Shown: one piece after another, positions 26,579 to 34,329 of the stretch | Numbering within the stretch: position 1 is the stretch's first letter | Layout: every line of letters starts with the position of its first letter | NCBI GenBank assembly: GCA_049320885.1 | Contig: JBMORA010000055.1 | Location: 1 to 54,861, forward strand | Length of the DNA: 54,861 nt | Origin: Thermodesulfobacteriota bacterium | Lineage (GTDB): Bacteria; Desulfobacterota; Desulfobacteria; Desulfobacterales; SURF-7 | Direction: 5' to 3' | The notes under the pieces: generated by a model | What the model saw: the letters and a program-made list of their open reading frames with translations, nothing else | What the model was told of the DNA's origin: nothing | The model's database searches: none | Program-made: the position numbers and the translations under genes

Positions 26579-29311
26579 ATGATTGGTATCACTTCTTATG
26601 GGGCATATATTCCGCGTTTACGGTTGAACCGGATGTCCATTTTCCAGAGCATGGGCTGGTTCGCACCCGCCATTATGATGGTGGCCCAGGGGGAACGATC
26701 CATGTGCAATTGGGACGAAGATTCCATCACCATGGCGGTGGCCGCGGCCCGCGATTGCATCGCCGGGATGGACAAAATCGGCCTGGACGGCCTGTACATG
26801 GCCTCCACCACCATGCCTTTCGCCGACCGCCAGAATGCCGGTGTGGTGGCCACGGCCCTGAACCTGCGTGAAGACATCGTTACTTCCGATTTCACCGCTT
26901 CCCAGAAGGCCGGCAGTACGGCCCTGCTGACGGCCCTGGAGTCCGTGAAAAGCGGAGAGCGCAACCAGATTCTGGTGGCCGCCGCCGACCGCCGGGAAAC
27001 CAAGTCCGCCTATTTTTACGAAATGTGGTACGGCGACGGCGCCGCCGCCCTCACCGTGGGGAACCGGAACGTCATTGCCGAGTATCTGGGATCCTATTCG
27101 GTGTCCTGTGATTTCGTGGAACATTACCGGGGCAGCGACAACAAGTTCGACTATGTCTGGGAAGAACGCTGGGCAAGAGACGAGGGCTATTCCAAGATCA
27201 TCCCCGAGGCGGTCAACGGGTTGATGAAAAAGCTGAACATCACCATGGAGGCAGTGGACAAGCTGGTTTACCCCTGTTTTTTCAAGGCCGAGCACAAGAA
27301 TATCGCCAAAAAGCTCGGCGCCGGACCGGAGAAGGTCATGGACAACCTGCATGAAGTCTGCGGAGAAACCGGCACGGCCCACGCCCTGCTGATGTTTACG
27401 GCGGCCCTGCAGGAAGCCAAGCCCGGCGACCGGATACTCATGGCCGGATTCGGCCAGGGATGCAACGCCTTGTATTTCCGGGTGACCGACAATATCGCCC
27501 AACTGCCCGGCCGTTGCGGCCTCAAGGGCGCCCTCGCGAACAAGGAAATCGTCGACAATTACGCCAAATTCCTCAAGTTCCGGGATTTGCTGCCGACGGA
27601 AATGGGCATCCGCGCCGAGGCGCCCACCCAGACGGCCATGACCGTGCTGTGGCGCAAGCGCAAGATGATCCTTGGCCTGGTGGGCGGCAAGTGTCGGAAA
27701 TGCGGCACGGCCCAGTTTCCCAAGATGGATATCTGCGTTCGGCCTGACTGCGGGGCCATCCGCAGCCAGGATGAGTATGAGTTCGCCGATATCCCCGCCG
27801 CGGTGAAAACCTTCACCGGCGATCTCCTGGCGGTTTCGGTGGATCCGCCCCATATCTACGGCATGGTCCAGTTCAAGGGCGGCGGCCGCTTCATGGCTGA
27901 TTTCACCGACTGCAAGCTGGATGACGTCAAGGTGGGTTTGCCCATGCAGATGGTGTTCCGCAAACGGGTCACGGACAAGGAACGCGGATTCGTGAATTAC
28001 TTCTGGAAGGCGGCACCGGTACCGGGAGCCGCGGAAGCCATGAACCGGATCAATTTCGAGGGCCGCGTGGCGGTCATCACCGGCGCGGGCGGCGGATTGG
28101 GGCGCGTGTACGCCCTGGAACTGGCCAAACGCGGCGCCAAGGTGGTGGTCAACGATCTGGGCGGCTCCCGGGACGGCTCCGGAACCGGGTCGGCGACTCC
28201 GGCCCAGCAGGTAGTGTCGGAAATCGAAGCCCTGGGAGGCAAAGCCGTGGCCAATTATGACAACGTGGCCACGCCCGAAGGCGGTGAGAACATCATCAAG
28301 ACCGCCCTGGAAGCCTTCGGCCGGGTGGACATCCTCATCAACAACGCGGGGATTCTGCGGGACAAGAGTTTCCTGAAACAGGATCCCCAGAACTGGCAGG
28401 CGGTACTGGATGTCCATCTGAACGGGGCCTATCATGTCACCAAGCCGGCGTTCATCGCCATGAAGGAGCAGGGATACGGACGCATCATCATGACGACTTC
28501 GGCGGCCGGACTGTACGGCAATTTCGGCCAGACCAATTATTCCGCCGCCAAGATGGGACTCATCGGTCTGATGAACACCTTGAAACTGGAAGGGGCCAAA
28601 TACGACATCAAGGTCAACACCATCGCGCCGCTGGCTGCCTCGCGGCTGACCGAGGACATCATGCCGCCGGAGGTGTTCGCCAAAATGAAACCGGAATACG
28701 TGGCGCCCATGGTGGTCTATCTGTGCAGCGAAGCCTGTAAGGAGACCGGCCGGATCTATAACGCCGGCATGGGCTATTTCAACCGGGCCGCCATCATGAC
28801 CGGGCCGGCGGTTCAATTGGGCGATGCCGGACAGCTGCCCACCCCGGAAATGATTCACGAGAATTTCGATAAGATCAATCATTTCGAAGGCGCCCAGGAA
28901 ATGGCCGATCTGAATGCGGCCCTTTTCGCCATGATGACGCCGGCGGAGACCAAAAAAGAGGCGGCGCCGGCTGAAGCTGGAGGGGATGTGGCGCCGCAGC
29001 AGATTTTTGACCAGATGCCCGGGGCCTTTCAGAAATCCGCGGCGGCCGGAGTGGACGTTGTTTTCCAGTACACCATTTCCGGACCCAAGGGCGGCGACTG
29101 GGTGGTGACCGTCAAGGACGGGACCTGCAAGGTGGAAACCGGCAAGGCCGCCAAGGCGACCTGCACCATCAAGATGGCCGACAGTGATTTCGTGGCCATG
29201 GTGACCGGTAAATTGGATCCCATGAAGGCCTTCACCTCGGGCAAACTGGCCATCGACGGCGATGTTATGAAATCCCAGCTTATCCAAAAGCTGTTCAAAC
29301 TGAATCGATAG
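26579..29311 (+). CDS. Fusion: HMG-CoA-synthase-like domain + DUF35 (Zn ribbon/OB fold) + MFE-2-type SDR + SCP2
   Basis: GITSYGAYIPRLR, DEDSITMAV, GDGAAAL; CRKCG...CVRPDC plus OB fold; TGAGGGLGR...NYSAAK; DPMKAFTSGKLAIDGD. Confidence 0.9.
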   Translation: MIGITSYGAYIPRLRLNRMSIFQSMGWFAPAIMMVAQGERSMCNWDEDSITMAVAAARDCIAGMDKIGLDGLYMASTTMPFADRQNAGVVATALNLREDIVTSDFTASQKAGSTALLTALESVKSGERNQILVAAADRRETKSAYFYEMWYGDGAAALTVGNRNVIAEYLGSYSVSCDFVEHYRGSDNKFDYVWEERWARDEGYSKIIPEAVNGLMKKLNITMEAVDKLVYPCFFKAEHKNIAKKLGAGPEKVMDNLHEVCGETGTAHALLMFTAALQEAKPGDRILMAGFGQGCNALYFRVTDNIAQLPGRCGLKGALANKEIVDNYAKFLKFRDLLPTEMGIRAEAPTQTAMTVLWRKRKMILGLVGGKCRKCGTAQFPKMDICVRPDCGAIRSQDEYEFADIPAAVKTFTGDLLAVSVDPPHIYGMVQFKGGGRFMADFTDCKLDDVKVGLPMQMVFRKRVTDKERGFVNYFWKAAPVPGAAEAMNRINFEGRVAVITGAGGGLGRVYALELAKRGAKVVVNDLGGSRDGSGTGSATPAQQVVSEIEALGGKAVANYDNVATPEGGENIIKTALEAFGRVDILINNAGILRDKSFLKQDPQNWQAVLDVHLNGAYHVTKPAFIAMKEQGYGRIIMTTSAAGLYGNFGQTNYSAAKMGLIGLMNTLKLEGAKYDIKVNTIAPLAASRLTEDIMPPEVFAKMKPEYVAPMVVYLCSEACKETGRIYNAGMGYFNRAAIMTGPAVQLGDAGQLPTPEMIHENFDKINHFEGAQEMADLNAALFAMMTPAETKKEAAPAEAGGDVAPQQIFDQMPGAFQKSAAAGVDVVFQYTISGPKGGDWVVTVKDGTCKVETGKAAKATCTIKMADSDFVAMVTGKLDPMKAFTSGKLAIDGDVMKSQLIQKLFKLNR

Positions 29312-29323
29312 GAGGAACAAACC

Positions 29324-30532
29324 ATGGCAACAGGAATCAGAGACAAGGTTGCAATTATCGGTATGGGATGCACCAGGTTCGGTGAACGCTGGGATATGGG
29401 TGCCGAAGAACTGATGGTGGAGGCTTTTGAAGAATGCCTGCTGGATGCGGGAATCGAGAAGAAGGACATCCAGGCGGCCTGGTTCGGCACCTGCATGGAT
29501 GAAATCAACGTGGGCAAGACCGGCATGCCGCTGGCGGTGACCTTGAGGCTGCCCATGATCCCCGTTACCCGGGTCGAAAATTACTGCGCCACCGGCACTG
29601 AGGCCTTCCGCGGCGCCTGCTATGCGGTGGCCTCCGGCGCCTATGACATCTGTCTGGCCCAGGGCGTGGAAAAATTGAAGGATACGGGATACGGCGGGTT
29701 GCCCAATCCCGGTTCGGGAGTGGGCAGCCTCACCTGGCAGTGGTGGCCGAACCTGTCGGCCCCGGGCTCTTTCGCCCAACTGGCCAGCGCTTATGCCGCC
29801 AAATACAAGGTGGCGGACAAGGACTTGAAACGGGCCATCGCCCATGTATCGGTCAAGAGTCACGCCAACGGCACCTTGAATCCCAAGGCCCATCTGCGCA
29901 AGGCCGTGACCATCGAGCAGGTGCTGGCAGCCCCCATCATCGCCCATCCCTTGGGGTTGTTCGACTGCTGCGGGGTGAGCGACGGATCGGCCTGCGCCAT
30001 CGTCACCACCCCGGAAATCGCCAGGAAGCTCGGTAAAAAAGACTTCGTCACCGTCAAGGCCCTGCAGCTGGCACTCTCCAGCGGCGAAGAGATGGCTTAC
30101 AACGAATGGGACGGCGATCATTTCATGACCACGTCCAAATGCAGCCTCGCCGCCTACAAGGAAGCCGGCATAACGGACCCGCGAAAGGAAATCAGCATGA
30201 TGGAAGTTCATGACTGCTTCTCCATCACCGAGTTGGTGACCTATGAGGATTTGCACATTTCCGAACGCGGCCAGGCCTGGAAGGACGCCCTGAACGGCAT
30301 GTACGATCTGAACGGCCAGGTGCCCTGCCAGGTGGACGGTGGTTTGAAATGTTTCGGCCATCCCATCGGCGCCTCGGGACTGCGGATGATCTATGAAATG
30401 TATCTACAGTTGCACGGACGGGCCGACAAGCGTCAGCTCAAAGATCCCAAGTTCGGCCTGACCCACAACCTGGGAGGCTTTCCCTTCCAGAATATCTGCG
30501 CCATTTCCATCATCGGGAAATACGGCCGGTAG
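29324..30532 (+). CDS. SCP2/SCPx-type thiolase (acetyl-CoA acetyltransferase)
   Basis: VENYCATG (nucleophile Cys), EVHDCF, GHPIGASG, HNLGG; AGGAGG RBS. Confidence 0.92.
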   Translation: MATGIRDKVAIIGMGCTRFGERWDMGAEELMVEAFEECLLDAGIEKKDIQAAWFGTCMDEINVGKTGMPLAVTLRLPMIPVTRVENYCATGTEAFRGACYAVASGAYDICLAQGVEKLKDTGYGGLPNPGSGVGSLTWQWWPNLSAPGSFAQLASAYAAKYKVADKDLKRAIAHVSVKSHANGTLNPKAHLRKAVTIEQVLAAPIIAHPLGLFDCCGVSDGSACAIVTTPEIARKLGKKDFVTVKALQLALSSGEEMAYNEWDGDHFMTTSKCSLAAYKEAGITDPRKEISMMEVHDCFSITELVTYEDLHISERGQAWKDALNGMYDLNGQVPCQVDGGLKCFGHPIGASGLRMIYEMYLQLHGRADKRQLKDPKFGLTHNLGGFPFQNICAISIIGKYGR

Positions 30533-30544
30533 GAGACCGTAAAA

Positions 30545-30579
30545 CCGGATGCCGTGAGGCCAGGCCTCTCGGCATCCGG
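30545..30579. other. Strong intergenic GC hairpin without U-tract
   Basis: CCGGATGCCG-T-GAGGC-CAG-GCCTC-T-CGGCATCCGG. Confidence 0.75.
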
Positions 30580-30605
30580 CGGACATATGGACTAAAGGAG
30601 TCTGC

Positions 30606-31748
30606 ATGCAGCTGTTGCCGTATACAGAGGATCATCACCGCTTCCGGGCGCGCCTGCGGAAATTCATGGCCGAGGAAGTCGTGCCCTGCGTGGAAGAATG
30701 GGAAAAAGAACACATCGTCCCCAGGGATATCTGGAAAAAAATGGGACGGGAGGGGTTTGTCTGTCCGGCCTTGTCCAGGGAGTATGGCGGAGGCGGCGGG
30801 GATTTCCTGCACTCCGCCATCGTGATCGAGGAAATCGCCCGCACCAATCACAGCGGTCTCGCCACGCCGTTGCACAGCGACATCGTGGTTCCCTATATTG
30901 AATCCTATGCTTCGGAGGAGCTGAAGCGGAAATATCTTCCCCTGTGCGCCGCGGGTGAGATGATCACCGCCGTGGCCATGACCGAACCCGATGCCGGCAG
31001 CGACCTCGCTTCCATGCAAACCACGGCGGAAGCCGACGGTGATGATATCGTCCTGAACGGCTCCAAGACTTTCATCACCAACGGGATCAATTGCGACCTG
31101 GTGATTGTGGCGGCAAAACAACCGGGGGCCGACAATCCCCACAAGGCCCTTTCCCTGTACCTGGTGGAAGACGGCACCCCCGGTTTCAACAAAGGCCGCC
31201 GGCTGGAAAAAATGGGCTTTCACAGTCAGGATACGGCCGAACTGTTTTTCACCGACTGCCGGATTCCCCAAACCAACCGTCTGGGGGCGGAGGGCGCCGG
31301 TTTTTACATGCTGATGGAAAAACTCCAGCAGGAGCGACTGGTATGCGCGGTCATGGGGGTTGCCGCTGCCGAACAGATCATGGAATGGACCATGCGCCAT
31401 TGCCGGGAAACCGTGGGTCCCAAAGGTCCGCTGACCCGCTCCCAGGCCGTTTCGTTCGCCCTGGTGGAAATGTGTACCGATGTGAAACTGGGAAGAACTT
31501 TCCTGGATAAGCTCATCGTCCAGCACATGGCCGGAGAGAATATCGTGATCGAGACCTCCATGGCCAAATACTGGACCACCGAACTGGCCAAACGCATTGC
31601 GGACCGGGCCCTTGACCTGATCGGCCAGGGGGGCACCCTGGAGACGACTCCGCCGGTCAGGGCCTTCCGGGATGCCCGGGTCATGTCGATTTTTGCCGGG
31701 ACCAATGAAATCATGAAGGGGATCGTGGCCAAGTTCATGGGAATGTGA
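30606..31748 (+). CDS. Acyl-CoA dehydrogenase, LCAD-type (putative alpha subunit 1)
   Basis: AMTEPDAGSD, KTFITNG, KMGFHSQDT, LQQERL, IFAGTNEIMK. Confidence 0.93.
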   Translation: MQLLPYTEDHHRFRARLRKFMAEEVVPCVEEWEKEHIVPRDIWKKMGREGFVCPALSREYGGGGGDFLHSAIVIEEIARTNHSGLATPLHSDIVVPYIESYASEELKRKYLPLCAAGEMITAVAMTEPDAGSDLASMQTTAEADGDDIVLNGSKTFITNGINCDLVIVAAKQPGADNPHKALSLYLVEDGTPGFNKGRRLEKMGFHSQDTAELFFTDCRIPQTNRLGAEGAGFYMLMEKLQQERLVCAVMGVAAAEQIMEWTMRHCRETVGPKGPLTRSQAVSFALVEMCTDVKLGRTFLDKLIVQHMAGENIVIETSMAKYWTTELAKRIADRALDLIGQGGTLETTPPVRAFRDARVMSIFAGTNEIMKGIVAKFMGM

Positions 31749-31755
31749 AAACAGC

Positions 31756-31925
31756 AATTACGAATTAGGAATTACGAATTAGGAATGGAGGTATGCTGTC
31801 AATTAAAATATTTGGAAAGCGAATCGGGGAAAGTCTGGCGTAAGGCACCAATGAGAAAGCCGGACGATCCTTCATTCGTAATTCCTAATTCCTAATTCCT
31901 AATTCCTAATTCGTAATTCGTAATT
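31756..31925. repeat. ~170-bp element with inverted heptamer arms: (AATTACG/AATTAGG)x4, 87-bp core, (CGTAATT/CCTAATT)x7
   Basis: Seen directly between two acyl-CoA dehydrogenase genes. Confidence 0.92.
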
Positions 31926-31941
31926 TAAAAAAGGGGGCTGC

Positions 31942-33090
31942 ATGTGTGAACTGACAAGATCGCAAAAAGAAATACAGAAGGCTGCGCAGGAATTCGCCAA
32001 GGGTGAGTTCGACAAGGAAGTGACCACGGAACTGGAAAAAGAGCATTCCTATCCCGAACGGATCTGGAAGAAGGCCGCCGACCTGGGATTCGTCGGTATC
32101 CAGTTCGCGGAAAAATACGGTGGCGGCGGTCTGGGTCTCATGGACGCCTGCCTGGTGGCTGAGACCCTTTGCCGCAGGGATTCCACCATGGGCAGCGCCA
32201 TATCCCTCGCGACGTTCGGTGCGGAATGCCTGCACCGGTTCGGGGATGAAAAACTGAAAGCGGCGTTTCTGCCGAAGGTGATCGAAGGAGAGGTGTTGAC
32301 CGGCATCGCCTTGTTTGAAACCGAACGCGGCGACGATTTCAGCGTCTTGGAAACCACGGCGAAGAATGCGGGATCGGAATGGGTGATCACCGGCAAAAAG
32401 CGCTATGTGATCAACGGCGGGAAAGCCGGATTTTATCTGGTGCTCTGCCGCACCGAAGACCGGTTTGATGAGAACGGCGGGACCTGCCTGCTGCTGGTGG
32501 AGGCGGACCGGGAGGGACTCGGTGTGACGTCCCTGGGGGATAAACTCGCGCTCAATTCCGTGGCCACCGCCGATCTGTCCTTCTCCCAGGTGCGGGTGCC
32601 GCAGACGAATGCGGTGGGTAAGGAGGGCCGGGGCATCTCCCAGGTCAAGGCGTTTCTGGATGAGGTGAAAATCCTGGCGGCTGCCAGGGCCGTGGGGATT
32701 GCCGCGGGCGCGCTGGACCGTGCATTGGTCTATGTCAAACAGCGGGAGCAGTTTGACCGGAAACTGGCCCAGTTCCAGATCACCCGGCATAAAATCGCCG
32801 ATATGGCCACCAAGGTGGAACTGGCCCGGCTCATCACCTACCGCGCGGCTGCGGATTTCGACAAGGGCAAATCCGATCCGGTGTTGAGCGCCATGGCCAA
32901 AATGGCGGCGGGCCGGATGGCGGTGGAAGTGGCGGACGAGGCCATTCAGCTGTTCGGCGGATACGGATACATGACCGAACAGGAGGTTGAACGGTATTAC
33001 CGGGACGCCAAGACCATCGAACTGTGTCTGGGAACCCGGGAGAGCCAGAAGGATCTCATTGCCGACACGGTCATCGGCAAATTGAAATAG
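31942..33090 (+). CDS. Acyl-CoA dehydrogenase-family protein with degenerate active site (putative beta subunit)
   Basis: ACAD fold with QREQF and QLFGGYGY, but LFETERGDD, KRYVING and ELCLGT where TEPxxGSD, KxFITNG and IYEGT are expected. Confidence 0.9.
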   Translation: MCELTRSQKEIQKAAQEFAKGEFDKEVTTELEKEHSYPERIWKKAADLGFVGIQFAEKYGGGGLGLMDACLVAETLCRRDSTMGSAISLATFGAECLHRFGDEKLKAAFLPKVIEGEVLTGIALFETERGDDFSVLETTAKNAGSEWVITGKKRYVINGGKAGFYLVLCRTEDRFDENGGTCLLLVEADREGLGVTSLGDKLALNSVATADLSFSQVRVPQTNAVGKEGRGISQVKAFLDEVKILAAARAVGIAAGALDRALVYVKQREQFDRKLAQFQITRHKIADMATKVELARLITYRAAADFDKGKSDPVLSAMAKMAAGRMAVEVADEAIQLFGGYGYMTEQEVERYYRDAKTIELCLGTRESQKDLIADTVIGKLK

Positions 33091-33116
33091 CAGGGCAGGC
33101 GTTGGGAGGACAGCAT

Positions 33117-34259
33117 ATGGAAATCATTACGTACACGCAGGAACAGAAGGAATTCCGGCAGCGGCTGCGCGTTTTCCTGGAAAACGAGGTGGCGCCCCGG
33201 GTGGATCAGTGGGAAGCGGACCACCTGATGCCCAAGTCGGTCTGGAAAAGAATGGGTGCCGGCGGGTTTTTATGTCCGTCGGTTTCCAGGGAATACGGCG
33301 GGATCGGCGGGGACTACCGGTATGCGGTGATCGTCGCCGAGGAAATGGCCCGCACCCGCTTCACGGGACTGGCGGCCTCGCTGCACAGCGATGTGGTGGT
33401 GCCGTATCTGGATTCCTTCGGGACGCCCGAACAGAAAAAAAAATACCTGCCTGGTTGCGTCTCCGGCGATGTCGTCACGGCGGTGGCCATGACCGAACCG
33501 GATGCCGGCTCTGATGTGGCCGGTATGAAAACCACGGCCGTGGAATCCGGGGATGAAGTGATCATCAACGGCTCCAAAACCTTCATTTCCAACGGAATCA
33601 ACTGCGACCTGCTGATTCTGGCGGCCCGGGACCCGGAAATCGGCAGCAAGCACCAGGCGGTATCGCTCTATCTGGTGGAGGACGGGACGCCGGGATTCGA
33701 CAAGGGCCGCCGACTGGAAAAAATGGGTTGGCACAGCCAGGACACCGCCGAGATGTTTTTCAACGATTGCCGGATTCCAAAGTCGAACCGGCTGGGGGAT
33801 AAAGGCGGCGGCTTCATCATGTTGATGCAGAAGCTGCAGCAGGAACGTCTGACCTGTGTGCTGGGCGCCGTTCCGGCGGCGGAGTTGATTCTGGAATGGA
33901 CCATCGATTGCTGCCGGAAATTTTTCCGGAACGGCAAACCCCTGATCAAGTCCCAGGCGATTCAGTTCGCCCTGGTGGAGATGATGACGGAAGTCAAACT
34001 GGGACGCACGTTCATGGAAAAACTGGTGATGGATCATATCGAAGGCCAGACCATCGTCATTGAAACGTCCATGGCCAAGTACTGGACCACGGAGATGGTC
34101 AACCGCATCGCCGACCGCTCCCTGGAGATCGTCGGTGAATTCGGCACCCTTGAATCCTGTCCCATTGTCCGGGCCAAACGCGATGTGCGGGTTATGTCGA
34201 TTTTCGCCGGAACCAATGAGATCATGAAAGGTATCGCGGCCAAGTTCATGGGAATGTGA
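33117..34259 (+). CDS. Acyl-CoA dehydrogenase, LCAD-type (putative alpha subunit 2), close paralogue of 30606-31748
   Basis: AMTEPDAGSD, KTFISNG, LQQERL, IFAGTNEIMK; GGAGG RBS before ATG 33117; same length (380 aa) as the paralogue. Confidence 0.93.
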   Translation: MEIITYTQEQKEFRQRLRVFLENEVAPRVDQWEADHLMPKSVWKRMGAGGFLCPSVSREYGGIGGDYRYAVIVAEEMARTRFTGLAASLHSDVVVPYLDSFGTPEQKKKYLPGCVSGDVVTAVAMTEPDAGSDVAGMKTTAVESGDEVIINGSKTFISNGINCDLLILAARDPEIGSKHQAVSLYLVEDGTPGFDKGRRLEKMGWHSQDTAEMFFNDCRIPKSNRLGDKGGGFIMLMQKLQQERLTCVLGAVPAAELILEWTIDCCRKFFRNGKPLIKSQAIQFALVEMMTEVKLGRTFMEKLVMDHIEGQTIVIETSMAKYWTTEMVNRIADRSLEIVGEFGTLESCPIVRAKRDVRVMSIFAGTNEIMKGIAAKFMGM

Positions 34260-34266
34260 TGGGGGC

Positions 34267-34313
34267 AATTACGAATTAGGAATTACGAACTACGAATTTT
34301 AGGAATTGGGAAT
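34267..34313. repeat. Heptamer array (AATTACG/AATTAGG family)
   Basis: AATTACG AATTAGG AATTACG AACTACG AATTTTAGG AATTGGG AAT, 7 nt after a stop codon. Confidence 0.88.
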
Positions 34314-34329
34314 GAAAGGAGTCGGTGCG

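Noticed and set aside
25211..29311. Duplicated SDR-SCP2 DNA as a DGR template/variable repeat or an assembly duplication
   Set aside because: Differences are spread over synonymous sites and not adenine-specific; no reverse transcriptase; the copies are clearly diverged
26618..30361. 1247-aa minus-strand ORF, and similar long antisense ORFs (161-1894, 9858-11624, 38805-40346)
   Set aside because: They lie opposite well-supported genes and have no recognisable motifs; such shadow frames are expected from GC-rich codon bias
31793..31843. 16-codon micro-ORF (MLSIKIFGKRIGESLA) in the repeat element core
   Set aside because: GGAGG is only 1 nt from the ATG, and there is no other coding evidence
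31942..33090. Middle ACAD as a pseudogene
   Set aside because: Full-length open frame with an RBS-like sequence, and selective retention of the partner-facing FAD motifs
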